A stretch of 64,000 bases of DNA, from the NCBI GenBank assembly GCA_964187785.1, contig OZ076416.1, positions 24,118,001-24,182,000 of the forward strand, written 5' to 3'. The DNA comes from Amphiscolops sp. MND2022 (Eukaryota). Position numbers and translations under genes: made by a program. Below are positions 24,401 to 37,075 of the stretch, in pieces. The stretch's first letter is position 1, and the number at the start of each line of letters is the position of its first letter. The notes under the pieces are model-generated. The model was not told the origin of the DNA and did not search any database. It saw only the letters and a list, made by a program, of their open reading frames with translations.

Positions 24401-27400
24401 CTTCCTTTTCTTTCCTTGATCAACCTCACTTATAAATCCTTGCTAGTGATGCCTTAAGCAGCCCCTTAATTTAGTTGTTTCATTAATACTTAACGTTTGG
24501 TTATTCTCTGTCGGGTTTCCTTAAGGAGCTCGTGGTTTTTATGCACTGCCTAACAATCACCAACATTACATGTCTAATATTTACATGTCTTTAGACCCAT
24601 GATAAGATGGCTTTCCATCACACGGTCTCTTCAGCAATGCCTGTCAATGCCTCGCCAAATCATGACGCTGCTCGTAATGGCATTTCGTTAGCAGCCATGG
24701 CCGTCATAACTGCCCTCTTGGACCAACTAGAGACACATCCCACGTTATCGAGCTTGGCTGTCTGTTGTAGCCGATGCGGCTGAGCATAAACGTACTATGA
24801 CTTGCCGGAAAGGAGTATGGGATGGCTATGACCTGACTCACCCATTTCCGGATGACCGTTCCACCGCGTGGCCCCAGTGTGCACACCACTACCGAACCAG
24901 AGGCTACGCTGCGCTACCAGTAGCTAACGCACCAGTGCCACAACTGTTGCCGCCGGCTCACTTGGTGATTCAACCACAAGTGCAGACACCGCCGCAACCT
25001 CCTCCGCAGCCAATTTATTTGCCGAAAGTACAAGCGGTGGTGCTTCTATCCGCGACACCTTGCGTAGCACCCTACGCTAGTGCTCCAGCCGCTCAGGCAC
25101 CACACATGATTTTACGAACCACTAGTGCAACCTCCCAGTAGGAGCTCGCGGTCTCCAGCCAAATGTCCAGCGCAAGAGTGCAGTCGGCTCAGTCTTCGGC
25201 GCCATCATCAGCTCGCTTCGTAACTGCAACAAACATGGCTCACAGATCACCGAGTGAGCAAGCTGTTATCCAGGCCCTCCAAACCGTTGGCAACTATCCG
25301 GAATCCAAGGACTTCTTGGAGACTGTGTCCCGCAGACTTCCAGGCCTACAAGCCTTACTTGATGCGCCTGTGCAGCTCGAGGGAGGGCTGCATGACAACA
25401 AGGGACAATCAAGGTCCAGGACCCAGCACCAGAACACAACGGGCGCCATCGCCAATACCTGGGTTGTCGCCTGTACCCGATGAAGAGCTCAGACGCAAGA
25501 GAGCTTCGCCGCATGTATTGTCTAGAACGGCAAGAACCAACAACAGTCCGACGAGTCGCCCTCCTCCGGACAAAAAAACAATGTGCTACGTCCGGTAGTA
25601 ATCCCAGAGCCCCCTATGGTGGGATACCAAGGAATTCCCGAACCCCAGATGGCAATGATTGAAGTGATAGAAGGATACGCACCCAGCCATTCTTCTGTGC
25701 TCGAGGGCACAGAGATCTCAGCACCATCCAGTTCTGCAGTGCCACAACTGCGAGAACTGCACCGAAGGTACCTCCCTACTCTCCGCCGTCTGAGAAAATA
25801 GGTACCAAACCACTTTAGTGTCATCTCCAGCAGAGATACAGCAGATGGCACGAACTCTGCTGTGAACAACGGTCTCTGATTTATGTTGTTTTGCTTAGCG
25901 GCGACTTAAGCGCTTCCTTTTCTTTCCTTGATCAACCTCACTTATAAATCCTTGCTAGTGATGCCTTAAGCAGCCCCTTAATTTAGTTGTTTCATTATTA
26001 CTTAACGTTTGGTTATTCTCTGTCGGGTTCCCTTAAGGAGCTCGTGGTTTTTATGCACTGCCTAACAATCACCAACATTACATGTCTAATATTTGTTTGT
26101 TTTTAGACCCATGATAAGATGGCTTTCCATCACACGGTCTCTTCAGCAATGCCTGTCAATGCCTCGCCAAATCATGACGCTGCTCGTAATGGCATTTCGT
26201 TAGCAGCCATGGCCGGCATAACTGCCCTCTTGGACCAACTAGAGACACATCCCACGTTATCGAGCTTGGCTGTCTCTGTTGTAGCCGATGCGGCTGAGCA
26301 TAAACGTACTATGACTTGCCGGAAAGGAGTATGGGATGGCTATGACCTGACTCACCCATTTCCGGATGACCGTTCCACCGCGTGGCACCAGTGTGCACAC
26401 CACTACCGAACAAGAGGCTACGCTGCGCTACCAGTAGCTAACGCACCAGTGCCACAACTGTTGTCGCCGGCTCACTTGGTGATTCAACCACAAGTGCAGA
26501 CACCGCCGCAACCTCCTCCGCAGCCAATTTATTTGCCGAAAGTACAAGCGGTGGTGCTTCTATCCGCGACACCTTGCGTAGCACCCTACGCTAGTGCTCC
26601 AGCCGCTCAGGCACCACACATGATTTTACGAACCACTAGTGCAACCTCCCAGTAGGAGCTCGCGGTCTCCAGCCAAATGTCCAGCGCAAGAGTGCAGTCG
26701 GCTCAGTCTTCGGCGCCATCATCAGCTCGCTTCGTAACTGCAACAAACATGGCTCACAGATCACCGAGTGAGCAAGCTGTTATCCAGGCCCTCCAAACCG
26801 TTGGCAACTATCCGGAATCCAAGGACTTCTTGGAGACTGTGTCCCGCAGACTTCCAGGCCTACAAGCCTTACTTGATGCGCCTGTGCAGCTCGAGGGAGG
26901 GCTGCATGACAACAAGGGACAATCAAGGTCCAGGACCCAGCACCAGAACACAACGGGCGCCATCGCCAATACCTGGGTTGTCGCCTGTACCCGATGAAGA
27001 GCTCAGACGCAAGAGAGCTTCGCCGCATGTATTGTCTAGAACGGCAAGAACCAACAACAGTCCGACGAGTCGCCCTCCTCCGGACAAAAAAACAATGTGC
27101 TACGTCCGGTAGTAATCCCAGAGCCCCCTATGGTGGGATACCAAGGAATTCCCGAACCCCAGATGGCAATGATTGAAGTGATAGAAGGATACGCACCCAG
27201 CCATTCTTCTGTGCTCGAGGGCACAGAGATCTCAGCACCATCCAGTTCTGCAGTGCCACAACTGCGAGAACTGCACCGAAGGTACCTCCCTACTCTCCGC
27301 CGTCTGAGAATGTATCTGGTACTGTGGTGACCAGGGACGCCAATCGAATCTGGCAAGTAGCCCCACGTCTAAAAGACATTCAGTTCAGAGATAGACAGCG

Positions 27401-30400
27401 TGTGCCCCCCTCTAGTACGGACCAAGCACAGCTAATAAAGTTATCGATTGTTGCCCACTTATCCAGCTAATTGCGCGCTTTTGGTGTTGACATCGGTGAG
27501 CAAGCCTGGGAGCAACGCGTAATAACGCGTCTGGCTCTCGCCCACAACAACTATTTGCGACCCATGCAGAAAAACCTACACAAGCAATTCAATGCAAGGT
27601 ACACTCTGCAAGCTGGCGAGACCTGGGAGACCAACAGCGCGTACCCCAGAAGCTTGGAATCGCTGAAACCGATCTCAAAGAACCTGATTCGGCGCACGCG
27701 ATACTGCGTGATGATGGATTCCACGGTCCAATGCGACCTACAATATGACAACATTGTTCCTGATGGCACGAACTCTGCTGTGAACAACGGTCTCTGATTT
27801 ATGTTGTTTTGCTTAGCGGCGACTTAAGCGCTTCCTTTTCTTTCCTTGATCAACCTCACTTATAAATCCTTGCTAGTGATGCCTTAAGCAGCCCCTTAAT
27901 TTAGTTGTTTCATTATTACTTAACGTTTGGTTATTCTCTGTCGGGTTCCCTTCAGGAGATCGTGGTTTTTATGCACTGCCTAACAATCACCAACATTACA
28001 TGTCTAATATTTACTTGTTTTTAGACCCATGATAAGATGGCTTTCCATCATACGGTCTCTTCAGCAATGCCTGTCAATGCCTCGCCAAATCATGACGCTG
28101 CTCGTAATGGCATTTCGTTAGCAGCCATGGCCGGCATAACTGCCCTCTTGGACCAACTAGAGACACATCCCACGTTATCGAGCTTGGCTGTCTCTGTTGT
28201 AGCCGATGCGGCTGAGCATAAACGTACTATGACTTGCCGGAAAGGAGTATGGGATGGCTATGACCTGACTCACCCATTTCCGGATGACCGTTCCACCGCG
28301 TGGCACCAGTGTGCACACCACTACCGAACAAGAGGCTACGCTGCGCTACCAGTAGCTAACGCACCAGTGCCACAACTGTTGCCGCCGGCTCACTTGGTGA
28401 TTCAACCACAAGTGCAGACACCGCCGCAACCTCCTCCGCAGCCAATTTATTTGCCGAAAGTACAAGCGGTGGTGCTTCTATCCGCGACACCTTGCGTAGC
28501 ACCCTACGCTAGTGCTCCAGCCGCTCAGGCACCACACATGATTTTACGAACTACTAGTGCAACCTCCCAGTAGGAGCTCGCGGTCTCCAGCCAAATGTCC
28601 AGCGCAAGAGTGCAGTCGGCTCAGTCTTCGGCGCCATCATCAGCTCGCTTCGTAACTGCAACAAACATGGCTCACAGATCACCGAGTGAGCAAGCTGTTA
28701 TCCAGGCCCTCCAAACCGTTGGCAACTATCCGGAATCCAAGGACTTCTTGGAGACTGTGTCCCGCAGACTTCCAGGCCTACAAGCCTTACTTGATGCGCC
28801 TGTGCAGCTCGAGGGAGGGCTGCATGACAACAAGGGACAATCAAGGTCCAGGACCCAGCACCAGAACACAACGGGCGCCATCGCCAATACCTGGGTTGTC
28901 GCCTGTACCCGATGAAGAGCTCAGACGCAAGAGAGCTTCGCCGCATGTATTGTCTAGAACGGCAAGAACCAACAACAGTCCGACGAGTCGCCCTCCTCCG
29001 GACAAAAAAACAATGTGCTACGTCCGGTAGTAATCCCAGAGCCCCCTATGGTGGGATACCAAGGAATTCCCGAACCCCAGATGGCAATGATTGAAGTGAT
29101 AGAAGGATACGCACCCAGCCATTCTTCTGTGGTCGAGGGCACAGAGATCTCAGCACCATCCAGTTCTGCAGTGCCACAACTGCGAGAACTGCACCGAAGG
29201 TACCTCCCTACTCTCCGCCGTCTGAGAAAATAGGTACCAAACCACTTTAGTGTCATCTCCAGCAGCGATACAGCAGATGGCACGAACTCTGCTGTGAACA
29301 ACGGTCTCTGATTTATGTTGTTTTGCTTAGCGGCGACTTAAGCGCTTCCTTTTCTTTCCTTGATCAACCTCACTTATAAATCCTTGCTAGTGATGCCTTA
29401 AGCAGCCCCTTAATTTAGTTGTTTCATTATTACTTAACGTTTGGTTATTCTCTGTCGGGTTCCCTTAAGGAGCTCGTGGTTTTTATGCACTGCCTAACAA
29501 TCACCAACATTACATGTCTAATATTTACTTGTTTTTAGACCCATGATAAGATGGCTTTCCATCACACGGTCTCTTCAGCAATGCCTGTCAATGCCTCGCC
29601 AAATCATGACGCTGCTCGTAATGGCATTTCGTTAGCAGCCATGGCCGGCATAACTGCCCTCTTGGACCAACTAGAGACACATCCCACGTTATCGAGCTTG
29701 GCTGTCTCTGTTGTAGCCGATGCGGCTGAGCATAAACGTACTATGACTTGCCGGAAAGGAGTATGGGATGGCTATGACCTGACTCACCCATTTCCGGATG
29801 ACCGTTCCACCGCGTGGCACCAGTGTGCACACCACTACCGAACAAGAGGCTACGCTGCGCTACCAGTAGCTAACGCACCAGTGCCACAACTGTTGCCGCC
29901 GGCTCACTTGGTGATTCAACCACAAGTGCAGACACCGCCGCAACCTCCTCCGCAGCCAATTTATTTGCCGAAAGTACAAGCGGTGGTGCTTCTATCCGCG
30001 ACACCTTGCGTAGCACCCTACGCTAGTGCTCCAGCCGCTCAGGCACCACACATGATTTTACGAACCACTAGTGCAACCTCCCAGTAGGAGCTCGCGGTCT
30101 CCAGCCAAATGTCCAGCGCAAGAGTGCATTCGGCTCAGTCTTCGGCGCCATCATCAGCTCGCTTCGTAACTGCAACAAACATGGCTCACAGATCACCGAG
30201 TGAGCAAGCTGTTATCCAGGCCCTCCAAACCGTTGGCAACTATCCGGAATCCAAGGACTTCTTGGAGACTGTGTCCCGCAGACTTCCAGGCCTACAAGCC
30301 TTACTTGATGCGCCTGTGCAGCTCGAGGGAGGGCTGCATGACAACAAGGGACAATCAAGGTCCAGGACCCAGCACCAGAACACAACGGGCGCCATCGCCA

Positions 30401-31197
30401 ATACCTGGGTTGTCGCCTGTACCCGATGAAGAGCTCAGACGCAAGAGAGCTTCGCCGCATGTATTGTCTAGAACGGCAAGAACCAACAACAGTCCGACGA
30501 GTCCCCCTCCTCCGGACAAAAAAACAATGTGCTACGTCCGGTAGTAATCCCAGAGCCCCCTATGGTGGGATACCAAGGAATTCCCGAACCCCAGATGGCA
30601 ATGATTGAAGTGATAGAAGGATACGCACCCAGTCATTCTTCTGTGCTCGAGGGCACAGAGATCTCAGCACCATCCAGTTCTGCAGTGCCACAACTGCGAG
30701 AACTGCACCGAAGGTACCTCCCTACTCTCCGCCGTCTGAGAATGTATCTGGTACTGTGGTGACCAGGGACGCCAATCGAATCTGGCAAGTAGCCCCACGT
30801 CTAAAAGACATTCAGTTCAGAGATAGACAGCGTGTGCCCCCCTCTAGTACGGACCAAGCACAACTAATAAAGTTATCGATTGTTGCCCACTTATCCAGCT
30901 AATTGCGCGCTTTTGGTGTTGACATCGGTGAGCAAGCCTGGGAGCAACGCGTAATAACGCGTCTGGCTCTCGCCCACAACAACTATTTGCGACCCATGCA
31001 GAAAAACCTACACAAGCAATTCAATGCAAGGTACACTCTGCAAGCTGGCGAGACCTGGGAGACCAACAGCGCGTACCCCAGAAGCTTGGAATCGCTGAAA
31101 CCGATCTCAAAGAACCTGATTCGGCGCACGCGATACTGCGTGATGATGGATTCCACGGTCCAATGCGACCTACAATATGACAACATTGTTCCTGATG
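18438..31197 (+). repeat. Modular tandem array A-A-B-A-A-B-A-B-A-A-B-A-B-C-A'-B-A-B-C (A 436 bp x10, B ~1.05-1.08 kb x7, C ~455 bp x2)
   Basis: A starts (GTCATCTCCAGC): 18462, 18898, 20410, 20846, 22358, 23872, 24308, 25820, ~27762 (5'-truncated), 29252. B starts (GTTATCGAGC): 19334, 21282, 22794, 24744, 26256, 28174, 29688. C starts (TGTATCTGG): 27311, 30743. The periods 1948, 1514 and 3462 are mirrored in the ORF track. Confidence 0.97.
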
Positions 31198-33780
31198 TAA
31201 TGGTGGTGACAATGCTTTTTCGGGGCTGCCAGAAATGGCAAAAGTAGCCCTAGCAAAGTTTGCCCCGGAGCTCGAGGGCTCCCAAAAGGAACCACCCCCC
31301 AAGCGGTTCATCTTTGCCAATCTACTCGATCACATGGCTTGCGAAGGTGTATTGCAAAACCTGCTGAGAATGTTGGGCGAGATGTCGAATCGCGAAGCCG
31401 CCCGAAACGAAGTTGCGCGGGATTTGCACCAAGTGGCGACAGCCATAGAACGGACTGCAGAAATGCTCCGCACTAATCTGGAAACCCCTGCGCTCTTCAT
31501 GTCGCCTCCAGGCATGCTGTGCTGGGGAGGCGTATTCCAGCAGTTTGTCTAAATGTTGACGGAAATTTGCCTCGCGAGGAACATTGAGTTCTACCTGTGC
31601 GCGTCTGAACTGCGCGTTGGACACGATGATCCGCGCCCAGCGGTGCTATTTGTGCACGCATATCTGGCCGCGATATAACGCCTGCTACAACCATAAAGCC
31701 CGCTGAGCGTGGTGCTGCCCAACTAACCTGGGACCACGCAATGTACCACGACCGACCATGGAATGCGTCTGGGTAAATTGACCTTTGACGAAGAGGGTAA
31801 CCGCCTTCTTCCTGAAGCCACACTAGCAGAGCGCGAGAATCTGCGCAAGTACAACTGGTTGGTGCGCAATACCCATCCCACCACAGTGAAGGCAGATTTG
31901 GCGGCTGAGTCAACAGTGAGGTGGAGCGTACAATACAGCAGATACATTTTGCTGAAAACACTGAAACAATCAAATTGCCCCTGGGTTTGAGGCACATTGT
32001 AGCCCAGGAAGCGGTAAAATTGGACCAGTCTATACAAGCCAGCGAAACTACCTGTGGTGAGTGGTACCAAGACCGGCTGGCGACAGTCACCCTCCAAATG
32101 GCAGCTCGAGCGCTGTCTGTGTCATTTCCTGCCCTGCTCATGAGTTTTTGTCTAGGTTGGAACTTGGACGTCGTCACTGACGAGTTCGCCCTGAGTCAGG
32201 CGCAAGTCAGAAACTGACTGACCCACTGGAAAATGATGACTATCAATGAGGTGCTAGCTCTCGCGCTAGCTTTGGGACCGACAAAGTTTGTGGCTGGTCC
32301 ACTAGCCATCGTCGTGGACCTAGTAGCCGCAGGAGGCCTGCTCGAGTTTTTACTTACCTTGTTATGGCTCAAGGAAAATTGGACAGCCTAATTGGCCTTG
32401 GCGGAGTGCTGTTCATGCAGAACAAGCAGAACTACACGGAACCTCTGCTCAAAATGAGAGCCTCCTTCTTGCAGCACTACTAATCGCTGGTCCACGCGTC
32501 TCGCCTGTTCTTAGGCGTAGTTCCATCGCAACCGTTACACAATCCTGATACTCAAATTCACCGCAAAACGCCGGGTTTTCTATGCCGCAACAGCTTGCAG
32601 ACCTCACGCTAGCTGAAGTAGATGATTTGGTCCCTGTAAAAGCTCTCGTCCTAATCCCGATTTTGGACCCCTGGGACTACTGCGGTACCCTACTAAGCCT
32701 GTGTCCATGGCCGTACACGTGGCCACGGTTTCAATCTTCACCTACCTCCAGGTTATTCCTCTCATTGATACAAGTACGTAGTAATAGAACTTTTGAGTGG
32801 TGAAGTCCCACAGGTGTACACCACTATTAAAACTGAACAACAGGCGGAAGAGAATCTGATGGGAATCACACCAAAAGCGACTGTGCTACCAAGAAAGTAT
32901 GGCCCTGTGAATTGGTACAACGCTCCCGTCGACTTGAATGGGCAACCATTCCGATTCCCGTGATCATCCGAAACCCTCCGCAAAATGATCAATGCTAGCT
33001 TGAGGGCTAGCCCCAATACGAGTTCGAACTACCACTTCAAATTCATACGGGTTCCCAATCGCTATTGGAAGGAGCCTGTGGGTTACCCACGTGCGCGACC
33101 CATAGCGCGAAACAAAGAATATCTCCACCACCAGCTACAGCACTTGAACTTCGCCCGCGTTCCTCAGTGGATAGAAGTGGCGGCGCAAGTGCGAGGCCGC
33201 AACCTTTCTCGCCGCAACAATTGTAGCTTCGGTACAATATAACCCAGCCTGGCGTCCACAAGGCAAACTGACTATGTCTGGTGACATGCCCTTGGTATTG
33301 CTAAACATTGTGAACTCTGTCCTAGGCCCCGAACTGCGAGCGAAATGGTCTGCAATTTCGAAGTATGGAAAAGAGCTTGCGGGCTCTGGAAGCAATCTGG
33401 TTTGGTATCCAAACTTGTGGCAACTTGCTGCTGCTACCAGAGCTGACACCGAGCGTGCCCAGAAGTACGCGCCGCAGCCATCACAGTCAACTGCTGCGCC
33501 GACTATGGCAATGTCATTAGAACAACCACTGACTGTAAAAGCCGCGCCAGTGGAGGAGGTTGCAGAAGACACAGCCATGCCTGTGACCATTGACCAGTCT
33601 GGGGAGCATGCCGCCGAACTCACACCCAACGCAGTATTAGTGGACCCCATTGGAGAGTTGACCGTTGACACGGACGCAGAGACTGTGGTTCCGTCCCCGT
33701 CTAGACGTGCCTCTGTGCGCGATGCCTCTCCACCACGAGAGATATCACCCCGCAGTCGGAACAAGTCGGCTGTACAATAA
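30743..33780 (+). pseudogene. Fragmented accessory ORF cluster downstream of the Gypsy integrase, unknown products
   Basis: Chain of same-strand, GC-richer ORF pieces (30903-31247, 31235-31552, 31763-31990, 31921-32217, 32582-32803, 32985-33242, 33274-33780) separated by stops and frameshifts. No recognisable domain. An AATAAA follows at ~33775. Confidence 0.5.
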
Positions 33781-34577
33781 ATCGATCAATACCAAGCTAT
33801 TGCGAACACGTCGGTGATCTCGACGGCTCACCAGCTTTACTCCGAGCTTGAGGGCTCATTGCATTCAACAATGCTGAAACTTTGTTAAAACTACGTTGCC
33901 TTTCCTTCGTGCTACCTCGATTTGGTGCAATTTCAGTTGATCGTTACTTAGTTAGTTTATTTTGTATAGTGTGCCGTGTTTGTATGGCCTTAGAGTGCGC
34001 CTGCCGTCCTGCTTTAACTGAATCGAATCAAGCATTGAAAAAACACAACCAAGAAAGTACAGTTTTCCCCACAAGTAACACCTCGAGCGGTGTCAAAGAA
34101 CAGGTCCAAGGCCCTAAGGCGAAAACAAGATCTTTTAAACTTGACAGCTTTTCTTTCGTTGAGTCAAGTGCATTCTGTCTGCTGTTTTTTCTGTAAGCGG
34201 AGCTCGCGCGCTCCCAACAAAAAGAAATTTTACACAAATACTGAAAAATGAGTTTTTGAAAAAGCTGGAAAAGAACATTTTTTATCCGGCATCAGCCGCA
34301 AAAGACGTTTTATTCTCCAAAGGTGCTTCAAAATAGCAAAAGCTGCCCGGAAACTCCTAGCTCTCGAGCTGGTGCTAAAACAGTTGAAATTTTTCTGTAA
34401 AGATACGAGGTTTTGCAGTAGTTTTCATAGGACCTCAGACGGCAATGTTTTTGCGGCTGATGTTGGGCAAGGCTCCATTTTGATGTCAAGACGTATTCAC
34501 AGCATGGGCGGCACCCTATTCCTAGGCGAGGTCTTGCAGTGCTTGCCGGGACAACAAGCCAGAAGCCCGGGGAGTGG

Positions 34578-35945
34578 ATTTGATCTATGAGTTTTAAACT
34601 AGGAGATTTCAACTGACAGTGTCAAAAAAACCTAACCAAAAAATGTTATCTTAATTGAGAAAAATCGATGATAAGTTACGTTGTCAGTTTAAAGATATTA
34701 CCATCTTCTGTAACGTCATCCTGTGATCAACGAATTTTTTAAAAATTACCAAAATTTCGTTCAAAACTGACGTGGGACACAAGCATGGTTTTGCAAAGTA
34801 CCTGTCCGCAGAATCATTGAGAGACTGCAAAAGAAGTGCCCCGCGAAGCGAAAAACGAACGAGAACTCATGTACATCCACGAATTGGTGAAAACAAATAG
34901 CCTATGCGCTAGAATCCGGGGTGTTTGCCAGGATCCATTCGAGGAACAACATGACGGCATAATTGCAATATCCATACCCAGGGGTTGTGCCCAGCTCGAG
35001 CGGTGGTGCCATGCCACCCGAAAGCCCACCCACTTCGCCAACCTGGACTTTGTTACTTTGTTGTAGTGATTACCGTATTTGTTCAATGAATTTTTAGCTC
35101 GAGGGCTACCCATGTTGTGTGCTATTTACTTTAGATTCCTATCTGGAGAAATTCAGTTCAGTGCTGTCGTGCCCGTTTTTATAGTCTAACTACGCAGTGG
35201 TTACAAGAAAAAAGCGTAATTCCTGTGACGTTTAGCAATAACAGTCTGGAATCAGGTCAGAAAGTATCCCTAGAGACGGTTCTCCCTCCTCGGGACCGGC
35301 TACCCACAGGAGGACAAAGTGAGCTGGTGCTATGGTGGTTTGTCCCGTACCTTCGCCAAAAAACCGGTTCCTCCACTCCATTGTCTCATCCTAAACGCTT
35401 AGCGCTTATCATTACATTCCGAAGCACCTAAAAGTTTCAAGAGGAAAACATTGAAGATAATGTTTCTAAATCTTATGCTATGTCATTGATAAAAGCCTAT
35501 ACAACATAGGCATAACATATACAACCATGCGTCATAATCACAAGTCTTTTTTGCAGTAGAGGTTTCATTGAAACAAATTATATCTGAAACTTTTTTTACG
35601 TTCTGTAACGGTATCAAATAACATGGCGAATGAACCCTTACGTTTGTATTGTCCTGTTGGGTGACATTTTAAATTTTCCCAGACCGTTAAATCCTATTTC
35701 GCTCTAGTTTTCTCATTCACAGTTTCACATTATTCCTTCATTATTTTCGTGAAGACAGGCAGTGTATAACCATTTTCGAGCTGAGGGACTTTCAATTTCG
35801 GTAGCATCATTTTCAAAACCAGAGCACCCACCAAAAAGTTGTCAAGTAAATCGAACATAGATTGTTTTCCCGCTTGTTTTGGTTGGCAGTTTTCCGCTAT
35901 AAAAACCTCATTTCTCTTTGTTCGATTCCAACGAAAATACGCACA
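34578..35945 (+). repeat. ~1.37-kb direct repeat, copy 2 (partner at 6350-7728)
   Basis: Same boundaries as copy 1. Nearly identical in the middle and clearly more diverged after ~35588. Confidence 0.95.
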
Positions 35946-36174
35946 TGGCTAAAAACCCAAGCAGATTTGCACATGACTAAGAACTCTGTTTTCTTGACAA
36001 CTACCGGGTGACTTGCAAGAAGAATTTATAGCTAGCTAAAACGTTGTTGGCTGAAAAATAGTAGGAAACGAGTAGTAGGCCTGAAATCTGAAGAGAGCCA
36101 GTAAAGTCCAAAGGGACCTTCTTTAAATTTTTTGACCTATAAGTAATTTCTTAGTAAGAATATTGACATGGGAT

Positions 36175-37075
36175 CAGGGTTGTCAATTCCAATTCCAATT
36201 ATCAATTCCAATTCCAATTAAGCGTCTTCAATTCCAATTCCAATTACGTTTTTTCGAGATTTTCAATTCCAATTCCAATTACAAAAAATAAAACCAATTC
36301 CAATTCCAATTATGCGGCAAAATTTTCAATTCCAATTCCAATTCCAACCAAATTTCAGAGATTTTTCGCAATATTAAAGTTCGAAATTAAGCTTAATTGT
36401 AGCATGCTCTCAAAAATTTATATTAAAATCCAAAACGCTTGTTATTTTGTTATTGACTAATTGACATATTGACTAATGTTAAAGTTATTTTAGAATGTCT
36501 AATGCTGAAAATAGCGATATGGTTGAAGTTGAACCGGCGCCCTCACCGGCGCCACGCATTGAGTACCGACAAAGCAATAATAAGAAAACTGCAATTAACA
36601 AATATTTCTTTGTTCAACATTTGAATGGATTACCAACTGATAAACGCCAATGTATTCGCTGCAAACATATTGTTACGGCATGCAATGGTGGCACTTTCTC
36701 TTTGTGTCGCTTAAACAGAAATTACCTTCAGACTCGCATGTCAGTCCATCATCACCAAAGAAATGTTTTCCTAAACAAAAACTATGCATTTTTTGATGAA
36801 TGACTTTAATTCAAGCATTATTGATACTTTTTTGTTCATGTTGACGGTTACGGTTATTGGCAATTAATTCAACCTTATTACTTGATGTTGTTTTATTGTC
36901 CTTAAAAGGCTTTCTTGGTAATTATTTTTATGAATTTCAATTCCAATTACTCAAAAACATTTCAATTCCAATTCCAATTCCAATTGAAATTAAACGTTTC
37001 AATTCCAATTCCAATTAGCAAATTTGTAATTGATCAATTATTTTCAGAAAAAACGTAATTGAACTGACAACCCTG
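36175..37075 (+). mobile_element. Non-autonomous hAT-type DNA transposon (901 bp) with a BED zinc-finger remnant
   Basis: 15-bp TIRs CAGGGTTGTCAATTC / GAACTGACAACCCTG (1 mismatch); perfect 8-bp TSD CATGGGAT (36167-36174, 37076-37083); subterminal (AATTCC)n arrays at both ends. ORF 36495-36803 contains YFF...CIRC...GGTFSL, resembling the BED finger of hAT transposases. Confidence 0.92.

Noticed and set aside
18462-31197. CRISPR-like or prokaryotic repeat-spacer system
   Set aside because: Units are 0.4-1.1 kb near-identical modules with no unique spacers, and there are no cas-like ORFs. The context is eukaryotic.
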